In this document: positions 38,076 through 50,032 of the stretch, in pieces | How positions within the stretch are numbered: the stretch's first letter is position 1 | How the letters are laid out: each line of letters begins with the position of its first letter | DNA from: Bispira polyomma | Lineage: Eukaryota | Assembly: GCA_965649765.1 (NCBI GenBank) | Contig: OZ287749.1 | Span: forward strand, 62,930,001-62,994,000 | DNA: 64,000 nucleotides | Reading direction: 5' to 3' | Notes under the pieces: model-generated | Told to the model about the DNA's origin: nothing | The model's database searches: none | The model's input: only the letters and a program-made list of their open reading frames with translations | Made by a program: the position numbers and the translations under genes

Positions 38076-40194
38076 CAACATTAAATTGTTTACCTTATTA
38101 AAAAGGGGAAAATTATGTTTTGGTATGAACATATTATTAATCTTATATAATCTGTTAATATATAGAGCAAGCCATAATATACAGTCCAATGCTCATGATA
38201 AAAACTACAGGGAACCCATGTTTTAATTAGGGCAATAGGTAGGTTTCCAATCCCAATGACTATAAAATTTAGTATATTAAAATGTATGACAAATTTAATT
38301 GTATTGTGGTTTTTATCAAATAAAAAGTTTTTCTCTCAAGATGGCTATGGTCTGAAAAGATTTTTATGCCAGTGTCATTACTGCAATACCAATATGCTGT
38401 GAACCAGTCTGTATGAACAACAATATCTAGAAATCTATTAATGACGGTACATTTGAGGCCACAAAGACTATGTAATATATATATTAAAAAGTTAGTTAAT
38501 TGGTGACAATAAACTGCTAATATTTCATGCGATAATGGTAAGAAAATAGTTGCCGGTAAATATTTGCACATACATTGAGTTAGCAATTGATGTTTAGATT
38601 TCTACTCAGCTGCAAACAAATAGATTAGTTTTCTCTTTAATGTTAGTTACCTATACAATGCAAAATAAATTATAAAATGGCTGTTTGAAGAAAAAACAAA
38701 AACTTAAAACACTCTATCTAATTAAACCTATGAATTATATTGTAAATTTACCATTTCATCACAAAATTATTTTAAAAAAAGTGCAAGTTACTGCAAATCA
38801 ATTTCGAGGGATGTGGAGTTTTTATCTATCTGTCAGATTATTGGTTATTATGCATACTGCATGTAAGAGGCGAGTTGCATGTAAGTTGAACCTAATTCAA
38901 CTGTCTTATATACTTTAAAAACTACAACATTATTTGACACAATTATTAAAAGCAACGCAATGATATATTTCTTCAAAATATGATGAGTTTTGAAATTTTT
39001 ATGTATTGGTGCTGAAACAGCCCTCTACCAACAAATCTCTTGTGCGTACTCGTGACCTTCTAAAAGATTACAGTAAATTATAGGTTTTAGATGATACCAT
39101 TTCAGCTGGGTCGTTGTTCTTTTTCGAAGCTAGCAAAGTGAAAAAAAAAAAAATACAGCCTGAGAACAAACACCAGGCAACACTATTTGTAGCTTACAAC
39201 GATCCAACACGGGGATATTAAATGATAAAACTCCATAGAGTTGAAACGTAAGCAATTGTGTTTTTTTTTTTGGTGTGAAACGGATTCTATGAGGTATCGA
39301 AAGTGAGCGATAATGGGGGTTACCAGATATTTAGCAAATATGGAATAGTGGTGGGAGACCAGTTCACACCCGGGTAGCAATCGACGACCCACCTGAATAA
39401 ACAGTGAATATCTCTTTGTAGGAAAATTAGTTTTTAACCGTTTTTTTTTTTGATAATTTAAGCATAATATTATAATAATTGATTTTACATAATCATTGAG
39501 TGTTTTCTTCATGGTTAAAACAATATTCACTGTTTTAATTTGGGTGGCGTCGATTAGTAACCGGGCATGAACTGGTTTGCTACCACTAGCATGTATTTAC
39601 CTTTATAGTGTACTAGTGTCATTGTGTCAACATAATTATGCCACTGTTGCTTGTCTTAAAATGATGGGTAACTCTATCACAATATTTACCATACTAACAA
39701 GCTTCACAGAACTCCCTGGATATTTATGAAGGAAATTTTTTGAAGAAAGTAAGAGGACCCTAGGGGGAGATATCTCTTACTGTATCATGTCCTAGTAGGG
39801 GATGCTTTTGACAGCAAAAAGGTCATACATTATTTCATCTGCAGAAATGCTTCTTGTACATATGTACCCAGTGAGTGATGCTGAGGTTCTTCCCTAAGGT
39901 TCTTCCCTAAATATAAGTATACAGTGGGGGATGCTATCTTACTACTGTATGTCCACTGAATAACTGAGAAATTTATTTTCATGCTGTCCAAATAAAAGGG
40001 GAAATAATTTAACAGACTTCTATACAAGAGGGTGATAATGGTGGATTTACTGTGTGGGCGAATGTGTTTATGTCATGAAGGGTTGGGGTTTGATTTTAAG
40101 TTTGTAACAACAGCTCAGAAAATGTTCTTGGATGTTTTGGGTGGCCCTGAAAATAACCGATTGTGTTTTTCTGCCTCAGGCTCAGGGGAGGCTT

Positions 40195-40680
40195 CAAACA
40201 TGGTCGTTTTGCCATAGCACTGCCCCTTGTCATAAAGTAGTCCCATCAGGGTGTCTCTTTGTCCCTTTGCTACTAGGCTAGGATGTAGCTGGGTGGTGTT
40301 GATTCTCATCAGTGCATTCTGTGGAAAAAGGGGGGGAGGGTGCCTCTGCTGGGTTTGGATGCTCTCCTCCCTCGTTGATATTTGCACTTCTGGGCATATT
40401 GTGGAGGACTACACAGGCTAGGGTTAAGATGGCTACCACAAGTGGTTCCTACTGCATCGTCGAGAGTACAAGTCTAAACCACGCCACTAATGCACCAAAG
40501 GCATTCTCCACCGCCTTTATGCCCCAGGATATCCTTGTAGTTAGACATCCGTTGATTGGGGTCCAGGCATCGTCTGGAGAGGGGTTTTATATCATCCAGG
40601 TCATTAAGACAAATGCGTCATCTATAGCACCCAGGACATTTGGGACATTCCAGGTGTCTTTGTATACACTGTATACAGGG
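40195..40680 (-). pseudogene. PIF/Harbinger (HARBI1-like, DDE_Tnp_4) transposase remnant with internal deletion
   Basis: Across frameshifts the minus strand reads WNVPNVLGAID / DAFVLMTWM..KPLSRR.LD..QR..NY / VENAFGALVAWFR...STMQ*EP...LACVVLHN / QRDTL..YF...GAV.WQ, the typical motif order of Harbinger transposases. Confidence 0.8.
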
Positions 40681-40892
40681 TTGAGTAAAACCTGGATTTT
40701 GATGAGTGTTGGCCAGCATAGCGGGATAACCCGGGCTTTACTGGGCAATACATATGTGAAGATAAAAAATGTGTGTCTCAATAAACTATAAGACTTGACT
40801 GTGCATTAAGTTATTGTTGTGGTCCTTACACTGACAAATTATTGAATTTCATAGAATAAAAAACAAAACACAAAAAAAGTTTAAAGAATATA

Positions 40893-41668
40893 TTTTTGCA
40901 TGATTATGCCAATGCTTATTGACATGATCATGTTTTCCTGGAGAAAGAAGGAGATAGTGAAGACCCTTGGTGACGCATGGTTATAACGTGTCAACAGGGT
41001 AATCTCTGAATCTGCAGGGGGTTGTGCTCTTATATTTAGTATATATACACTCTTTTGTCTCTAGTTGGTCCAAAATTAATTTGGTGTGATTATGTGCGGT
41101 GTAGTAGAAGTTATTCAAGTTTTATATATTGGGAGCCTCAGATTTGATTGAAGGGTCTATTACCGCCTATTTCAAATGGTTTCAAAAGGAATATACAAAC
41201 AGTGTATGTCAAACATTAGGTGTGGGAAGATATATAACATATTTATACATACTTTGGTTGATTGGTGGTTGTGGCTGTAAGAAATATAAAATGTGCCACC
41301 ATCTTAAATTCGCCACCAAAAAAAGGTTGTGTTTTGGGTAGAATTGTGGTTAATATTTGCTTCAATTGATATTTTTATGACTAATATTTGCCTTCCTTAC
41401 CAGTTATTTTTTCCAGTTTTTATTTATTTGGCTTAAATTTTAGGGGTGGCGAATTTTAGATACAGGAGCAAATTTTAAATTCCTTACTGTATCAAGCTGA
41501 GGAAAAAAATATTGTGAACCCAATATATTGCATACAAGTTTACTGGACTATTTTAAAGGATAAAAGTTACAGAAGCTATATGTCTCACAATATGAACAAG
41601 ATAAGAGTGGTCAGTAACTTGCTTTTAGTGGCATTATCATAATATGGCCGCCAGGCCATTCTCCTCTC
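40893..41668 (+). repeat. Diverged direct duplicate of 46080-46798 plus 47705-47764
   Basis: Colinear match from TTTTTGCATGATTATGCCAATGCTTATT through ...ACAGAAGCTATATGT, resuming at AACTTGCTTT...ATATGGCCGCCAGGCCATTCTC. Confidence 0.85.
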
Positions 41669-41719
41669 CTCTTCCGACCTAACGGAATAGCAATGACCTA
41701 TCTTTATGATCGTAAGTAG

Positions 41720-42995
41720 TTGTCCCGACCTATCCTTGTCAATCGGCATAATTTATACCAATCTTGCACTGGACCGCAACAAAACAGTGGCCCTCACCCT
41801 TCTGGATCTTTCAGTAGCATTCGACACTATTGATCATGGCCTGCTCTGCGACACTCTCAAGCAGTGGTTTAGAATAAATGGCAATGTCCTTGGATAGATC
41901 AGATCCTACCTTACTCTCAGAGCACAAAGAATTAAATTAGATGATCATGTATCATCCTCCATTAACCTACCATACAGTGTACCCCAGGGATCCGTCCTTG
42001 GGCCCCTACCTTTCACCCTTTATACACATCCTCTCAGCACTGTGATCAATAATCATTATATAAAACACCACATGTATGCCGATGACACTCAAATCTATCT
42101 CTCTCTCAACCCTAAAAAGCAAATAAAGTTATTAACCTACTTGCAGAATGTCTGTCCGCTGTCCAGGCGTGGATGAACTTCTTCAAACTAAAACTAAACC
42201 CAGACAAAACAGAATTTATTCTTATTGGAAACGAGGAAAACAGTGCATTCTTGAAATCTTTGTTTCCCACATCTTTTCTAGGAGAAAACATACTACCTTC
42301 CGGAAATGCTAAAAAACTTGGTGTCACTTTGGATTCAGCTTTTTCATTTGACACTCATATTACCAGCATCTGTCGTTCCTGCTATTACCATGTATACGCG
42401 ACATCAAAAATCCGAAACTACTGTCAATAGACACTGCGGTAACTGTGCCTAATGCCCTTGTCAGCAGCCGCCTTGACTACTGCAACTCTCTTCTGTACAG
42501 AGTAAACAAGTCACAGATTAAAAAGCTCCAGTCCATTTAAAATTACCTATGCAGGGTTATTTTTCACCTTGGTGGTCATACAGACGTTACTCCTTACCTC
42601 AAAAATTTACACTGGCTGCCCATTCACTCTCGTATTTAGTTCAAAATACATGTTACCACTTTTAAGGCTGTAGTCACACAACAGCCCTCCTACCTTGCTT
42701 CCCTTCTCTCCTTCAGTAACCCTGAAAGAGGCAACAGACTCTCTGTTACTTCGGTCAGACCCATCAGGAAGACGGAATCCAGAGCGTTCTCGATTGCAGC
42801 TCCTTTGTTATGGAACAGTCTCCCAGTTGACCTCAGATCAGTTGCTACACTTAACGTCTTTAGGAAAAAGCTTAAAACCCATCTTTTTAACCTTGCCTAC
42901 CCGCCTTAGCTTCCTGTTGCACACTTCCACTTATTTCCTTACAACTTTGCTGTGCCCATGAACTTTATGATTGGATTAATGATTCTGCTGTTGCG
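41720..42995 (+). mobile_element. 5'-truncated L2/CR1-group LINE (RT and C-terminal ORF2), decayed
   Basis: LLDLSVAFDTIDH, VPQGSVLGP, HMYADDTQIY, KLKLNPDKTEF, NALVSSRLDYCNSLL, LHWLPI, FRKKLKTHLF; several stops and frameshifts. Confidence 0.92.
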
Positions 42996-43592
42996 AAATG
43001 CTTCCAATAAATAGAAAGATCTTCGGTGTAATACAACTTAATCCTATTTGTGACTTATAAAATAAAGCACAAATAAAACCCGCCCTTTCTCAAATTTATA
43101 CTGTACAGCACAGATATCAGGGACATCTACGTAGTAATATAATCGGTCAATGAATGCTTGTTGTAGTTTTTTCATTATATTTTAAATGATTCAATTGCCC
43201 AGTAATTACTAAGGTAGGCAAGTATTTAAAAAGGCCAATAGTGTCCATTTCAGTATTCTAGATATAAATTACCTAGCTACATGTATACATTTTGACATAC
43301 TTAAGTGTGGACTAACCGAGTAAATTACAAATAACATTAGTGTTACATACTATGTAGCAACTGCCAGTTTCATTTAACATTATAGAACACAATAATATAT
43401 TTGCACATGGTGTAGGTTAGAAATGGTCTTCAATAACAGATGCTGTCATTGTACGTTACATATGTATATAAATATTTTATCCAAAGCACATAACTTCTTA
43501 TTAAAAAAATACACTTCAACAGCTAAAAGTGATAGATAACTGTGTTGCTGATTTTAACCCTGTATGAAGTTTCTTTGTCAGAACAGTAATTA

Positions 43593-44185
43593 AACTGAAC
43601 TTTGCACTTCTTCTAAAGGTTAACCTTGTGTTTTTTCCAGCCAAATTCTTTTCATCCCAAATTTTGCTATCATAAATGGTAAGACCAACTCCCCAGTACT
43701 TATCATGCGGGCTAGCCTCTACAATTCTCATGTCCGAGGTATCTTTTAGAAAATTGGCCAGATCTTTGTGTTGCTGAAATTTTTCCTGAGTGGAATCTTC
43801 AGAAATTCATTGCAGACCTCACTCTAGGAGCTGTAGGTAGAGTTATTTACCTTATGTCCCAGTGATTTAGTAAACTTTGAATCTGATGTTTGTAGAATTT
43901 TTTCAGCTATCACCTTATCATTGAAGTAAACTGTCTTTTTATGCATCAAAGACTGTTCAGTAGATGAAAAGTTCTTGTCTTCAACTGTGATATCACAAGG
44001 GTAGTGATTGGATAGAGGTGACCTGGATGTGAAGAATGCAGTGATATCATTTTTAGTGATGATAGAGATGTGCGCAGGTTGAAGTTCATTAGACAGGGTT
44101 AAAATGTCATCAGTGGTGTATAGCTTGCCAATTAACTGCAGCTTGTCCATGACTAATTTTGCTTTATAGTTTCCTTTTAATCTCT
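43593..44185 (-). pseudogene. Decayed NADAR (YbiA/DUF1768-like) domain preceded by a LINE-ORF1-C-terminus-like segment
   Basis: Minus-strand translation: KAKLVMDKL..GKLYT...FFTSRSPLSNHYPC...FSSTEQ...KSLGHKV...(TAG)...[frameshift]EKFQQHKDLANFLKDT..IVEASPHDKYWGVG...GKN. These match the NADAR motifs SNF/Y, E-Q/H, GRKV, KF.Q, VEASP.D..WG.G and G.N. One stop and at least one frameshift. Confidence 0.85.
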
Positions 44186-45248
44186 TTATATATAGAAGAA
44201 CTTCAGGGAAGAACCTCAGCATCCCCCATTGTGGACATACAGTACTAAAATAGCATTCCCCACTGTATACCTATATATAGGAAAGAACTTCAGGGTAGAA
44301 CCTCAGCACCCCCCCACTGTTTGTTTGGTGTAATATAAATGTATATTGATTGTGTGTGTTCTTTGATGTAAATAAATATATATTTACCCAATTGTATGCT
44401 TATTTCTTGTAGCATCTATACAGTGGTGTTTAAATTATCAAAATCAGTTAATACAACACACAACTCTTATAGTAATTAACACAGTCAAGTAGAAGTTCAA
44501 TCAGCCAATGAATCCATACATGGAACTGCTGCAAATGGGTTCCGTGTATTTAGTAATACAGCATTTCTTATATTATCCCTACTAGGTTACGTCAGAAAAA
44601 AGCATGTTTAAGTGAGAGATAAATAAATAATTTTCTGCAAATTAGGCAATCTATCATTGTGGAGAGCACCGATAAATACTAACCAGTCTTCCATATAAGG
44701 ACATTTAACTGTTTCTGATCTTCGACTTGACAAGAACCGCCAACGATGTCTTACAGTTTATAAAATGATGAAATTTAATCAAATATCAAAAGTTTAAATT
44801 ATATATAAGAGAGTCTCCACATAAATCATCACAAGCCATAAAATACAAAACCATAATTATATAGAGGGTCTTTGGACCATATTTATATGCTACTCTGAAT
44901 TAAATTAAACGGCCTTCGAAAATGGCACTTATTCGCTTTTGGGTCAGGTTTTCTCGCCGTCTCCGCATTATCATCTTCCTTTAACACTTCTATCAATATT
45001 AAAAATATCAAAATGATTTTTGAGAGTTATCTTCTTTAGGCTTGGGAAACTTTTTCTACATGTATCAAGGTCATATGGCATATATGTTACAGGCATTAAT
45101 ATCTGAACCCCAGTCGATTTTTATATCAATCGGGCCATAAACGAGTTATTGACAAGTGTTTGATTTACCAATGCTATAAAAAAATACATGTGCATCAAAA
45201 TATCCCCTTTTGTCACATATTTTATAATGTTTTCATCTTAACTAAACT

Positions 45249-45504
45249 TTAAATTTGAATTTGGACATTTGACGTCCACTCTAGTACCTTTTAGTAGGTT
45301 ATATTGGGACGGGTAGTTGGAAACGCTGGAGGAAATACTGCATACAGTTGGTCAAGGTTCTACACTGAAACCAGCGGCCCACAGTAAGGAACTACCACCT
45401 TTCCCACATAGGCATCGACGGGATTCGAACTCATGCCACCCAGAGGTGAGAGACCAGTGATTGTGAAGCACAATGCTTTCTAACCACTAGGCCACCGCGG
45501 CCCC
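45249..45504 (-). mobile_element. tRNA-derived SINE, same family
   Basis: Reverse complement of 13632-13888; 14-bp TSD ATC(T/A)TAACTAAACT with one mismatch at 45235-45248 and 45505-45518. Confidence 0.92.
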
Positions 45505-47828
45505 ATCATAACTAAACTAAAATATCTTCTACATTTCTTCTAAATATAATGGGGGGATGCACTGATATGAAAATATGCACCTTATATTTCAGGTTTCCTT
45601 AAAGTCAATCAAAAAAATCAGTTATACTCACTGTAAGTTACATCACGTACATTGTGAAAATGACACTTTCCATTTTTAGGACTTCATTTATATTTGTTAG
45701 GATTATTTCTAGTGGTGACCTCCTTTTCAGGTGAGCTTAAATCTTTTTGTATAATTGTGCATATTTTGCATATGATGTTCTGTATTCTGTAATACATTGG
45801 CGATTTCGTTTACGTACATATTGAGCATTCTCATAAGAAACTATTGTTTCTGTTGAAAATTGGTGGTCGGCCACTGGTTATGACAAGAGTGACTCTGGTA
45901 TCTTTAACTGGTCAGCGATACTCGTATGTCTGTTAGACAATATGGAAAATTAAAAGATTACCTGCAGATATTTCAGTTGTGGTCAGGTTCATCTGTTAAC
46001 TGCAAATCCTTTTCACGATTGAAATGGTCGAAAGTCCTACCAAAGATCATCCACGAACGTTAAAATCCCTTTTCTAGACTTTTTGCATGATTATGCCAAT
46101 GCTTATTAGTATAATCTTGCTTTCCTGGAGAAAGGAAATAGTGTAAAAGCCCTTGGTTACGCATGGTTACGACGTGTCAACAGGGTAATCTCTGAATCTG
46201 TAGAGAGTTGTGCTCTTAAATTTGGTATATATACACTTTTTGGTCTCTAGTTGGTCCAAAATTAAATTGGTGTGATTATATGTAGTATAGTAGAAGTTAT
46301 TTAAGTTTTAACTATTGGGATCTTCAGATTTGATTGAAGGTTCCATTACAGCTCTTTTTAAATGGTTTCAAAAGGAATATATACTATATATGACAAACAT
46401 TAGGTTTGGGAAGATATATAACATATATATACATACTTTGGTTAATGGGTGGTTGTGACTGTAAGGAATATAAAATTTGCCACCATCTGAAATTTGCAAC
46501 CTAGAAAATGTTGTGTTTTGTGTAGAATTGTGGTAAATAGTTGCTTAAATTAATATTTTTATGAATAATTTGCCTTCCTTACCAGTTATTTTTCGCCAGT
46601 TTTTATTTATCTGGCTTAAATTTTAGTGGTGGCGAATTTTAGATATAGGAGCAAATTTTAGATTCCTTACTGTATCAAGCTGAGAAAAAATTGTATAATG
46701 AACCCAATATATTGCATACAGGTTAACTGGAACATTTTAAAGGATAAAAATTACAGAAGCTATATGTGTCACAAAAGGAATAAACCATATGGGGTCAGAA
46801 ATGGATGGTTTTTGATGGCAGGAAATATATTTTTTTTGTTTGGTAACAATTATAATTGAACTAAGTGTACCAGTGTAGTGCCAAAAAAAGTGTGTGGGGA
46901 TACAAAATATGGCCAGGGGGGGGGAGGGGGGGGGGCTTGCTAAATTTTTGTATCCCCTTGCAAAATAATGTATCCCCTGGAAACAAATAAATTTATTCTC
47001 TGACTATTTATATATGGGTATTATGTTTATAAGCTTAAAACTTACAAGCCATTTTAGCTGAGTGCTATTTTATTTACCTTTTATGACTTAGATTATTAAA
47101 GGATTCAAGTAAGTGTGACTAAAATAATTATTCTATGTACCGGTATACCTTTTGTGATTTGTAAAATGTTTGTGCATATAAACAGCGACAGTTTAGTAAA
47201 AAAAAATCTGTAATTGGATTAAACATGGGCTTTGATTAGCAAGGAATTAATTTAAGTGATAGATTTGTCTAGAGTGCTATAGTAGCTTCTGTATTGATGA
47301 CTAGTACTTTCTTTTGTCTATAGGGATAGTAACTAGTGGTTCACTATCTTCGGACTAACTTCGGACGTTTTGCAAGCTATAACAGCTAAAAATGAAAATA
47401 TTAAGATTGGAAAATAAATTATGGTTTGGTCGTTTCTAGAGCTGTCAAAAAACCCGATAATTTTGTAGGTAAACAAACCCACCTTTATGAGCTACCAAAA
47501 TATATATAAAATTGTTTTTATCAGGTTTTAAAGCAAACTTACGTGAAAAATAAATTATCAAAACAATTTTTAAGGCGATTCGGTTGTATATACATGTGTT
47601 TCAGATTTTACTTTGAATTTTGCCTTTGGTTTACCTAACTTGGTACCCACAGTAGATGGTTCTCAAAATCCATTTCGATTGACTGGTTCACTATTTCCAG
47701 ACTCGTCAGGAACTTGCTTTGTAGTGGCATTATCATGATATGGCCGCCAGGCCATTCTCTTCTTGTCTAGGACTATTAGGGATTATGTCGGACCTTAAAA
47801 CCTATCATGAGTTTTAGGTCCCAGACTA

Positions 47829-48085
47829 GGGGCCGCGGTGGCCTAGTGGTTAGCAAGCATTGCGCTTCACAGTCACTGGTCTCTCACCTCTGGGCAGCGT
47901 GAGTTCGAATCCTGTCGATGCCTATGTGGGAAAGGTGGTAGTTCCTTACTGTGGGCCGCTGGTTTCAGTGCAGAACCTTGATCAACTGTATGCAGTGTTT
48001 CCTCCTGTGTTTCCAACTACCCATCCCCATATAACCTAAACAGGTACTAGAGTAGACATTAAATATCCAAATTAAAAAAAAAAAT
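47829..48085 (+). mobile_element. tRNA-derived SINE, same family, A-rich tail
   Basis: GGGGCCGCGGTGGCCTAGTGGTTAGC...GAGTTCGAATCC...; closely matches the other two copies. Confidence 0.9.
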
Positions 48086-48283
48086 CTTTAAAAGGTGCGA
48101 CTGGCAATCTGGGGCTTCAGAAAATAAGATAATATTGTTTGTCGTGTGAAAACCTAAATATAACCTAAACAGGTACTAGAGTAGACATTAAATATCCAAA
48201 TTAAAAAAAAAATCTTTAAAAGGTGCGACTGGCAATCTGGGGCTTCAGAAAATAAGATAATATTGTTTGTCGTGTGAAAACCT
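48029..48283 (+). repeat. ~126-bp near-perfect tandem duplication spanning the SINE tail and its flank
   Basis: ATATAACCTAAACAGGTACTAGAG...GTGTGAAAACCT occurs twice, differing only in the A-run length. Confidence 0.9.
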
Positions 48284-48403
48284 TGTTGAAGCTTAGTTTG
48301 ATGTACTATTTCGTTAATACTTTATTGTTTGAAAGACAGGTATTCAGTTTTAATAAGGTTAATAAAAGTGACGTATTTTTATGTTTACAGGATATGTAAC
48401 ATC

Positions 48404-49162
48404 ATGGTTCAGTCACAAGAACAACTGAAAGTCAAGAAACTGTTGATTGAAGCCATAACCACATTATGTAAAAATGGACTTTCTTACGAGACAGAGTTTT
48501 GTATCGAGGGTTTGTTGGGCATTACATTGGACAACAAAGACATCCTTTTGGTTAACATCAAAGAAAATGTAAAGTGTGGGGACATTAAGTTTGACATTAC
48601 ACCGGATGCGTGTTCATCGCTAAACTGTGATGTTTCTAACGAGGCTGTCTGTGATGTCTTGGTCCCTGTACCTATAGGCATCATTCCAAAAAGGCGGAAA
48701 AAGAGAAAAAGCAGCTATGTCAGCAAGAGAAAGATTGAGATGGTTGAATCTCCCATTAGCGAGTACAAAGATTCTGACAGTTTTACTCAGGATCATGCAA
48801 GTGCCTTCAAATTCTCCGGTGATATCCATGGTCTTAGAACTCAGCAGCTGACAAATAACCTTGATGACATTCCACACCTTGATGATTCTGAGTATATCTC
48901 TCTAACCTACGACGAAGGGGACAAGGACCATATTAGTGATAATACATCAGCTCATTCCAGTGCACTTCCCAAAGACGACGCCTATGGCCAGGGCAGCAGT
49001 TTGCAGCAGTCCCCCCGCATCAGTCTCGGAGGTGATGAAATCCCACTAGATCTGGGGTTACATGCAGACTTGCAAGGGAGCTTAAGTGCAGTGTGGGATG
49101 AACCGAACATGGATATGCCAGTGAATCTGTCGGAAAATCAGAATAAACAGGAGAATTTTCAG
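48404..49162 (+). CDS. Gene 2 coding exon 1: compact N-terminal domain (EQLKVKKLLIEAITTLCKNGL...IEGLLGITLD...LLVNIKE), NLS PKRRKKRK, PLDLG and PVNLS motifs
   Basis: Acceptor atgtttacAG at 48389-90; atcATGg at 48404; donor CAG|GTAGGA at 49162/63 (phase 0); lies within ORF 48329..49174. Confidence 0.85.
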
Positions 49163-49239
49163 GTAGGAATTTAGGTCAAATAAAGCCAGATGTACATTTT
49201 GTATTATGTTCATGCAATAATCATTTCTAGAAATACACT

Positions 49240-49427
49240 ACAGTAGACCCGCTATTACCCGAACATGTTGGAAGAGCTAGATTTTGTTTGGATAATAGAA
49301 GGTTTATAAAATAAGAGGGGCATTTTAGTAGAAAACAATAGGAAAACCTAAATTTGAGAGAGTGAAATTGGCATAGTAAAATTCAACATTTGGATAATAG
49401 AAGGTTGGATAATTGAGGTTCTACTGT
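49240..49427. mobile_element. Pogo/Tigger-like MITE family (CAGTAGAACCTC...GAGGTTCTACTG); other full or partial copies near 15250, 20510, 21141-21335, 22298-22490, 58855-58890, 59490-59671 and 60205-61050
   Basis: Recurrent TA-CAGTAGAACCTCTATTATC termini and GGATAATAGAAGG internal motifs. Confidence 0.75.
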
Positions 49428-50032
49428 TGCAATAAATTCACAAACAATTTACCGAATCTCACTCATCTTTAGTATCTTCAGTTACTGTACTTAAAAGAAT
49501 ATTTGTTGTGTCAGAAAAATGTCATAGACAGATTGCCATTTTTGGACTGTTGCAGAGGACATATGACATATCTATGACGGGTACATGCATTAGTGGGTAA
49601 ATCTTTTGGGTTGGTGGAGATTGATAGCGAACATAAAATTACTTTGAACAATATTTGGCGATATTCGGAAAGAAACTGGGACGTACCTGCAAAACGAAAA
49701 ACCTGCTGGAATGAAACTGGAAGTGAGAACCACTAGATATGTTTACAAGTAAAAATGGACTTAAAATGGTCTTCATTCATTTTTAAAAGGTACTAACCAT
49801 AAAATATCATCATATTAAAATTGTTGTATAAATGTTGTCCCAAGGTGTAATATGTGTTTATTATGATGTTGATGTGTTTGTATTACACATCAATATAGTC
49901 ATGCAAAAAGCCCAAACAATAAATATCGGCGATGTCGATAAGCAATTTACCCACTAACAGGCATATTAGGGAAGTCGTGAACATCTGGCTAATCACCTGC
50001 GATAGGAATCTTGACAACTACCGGCCCCAAAT

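Noticed and set aside
40312-40791. 159-aa plus-strand ORF
   Set aside because: Antisense to the Harbinger transposase remnant; no recognisable domain.
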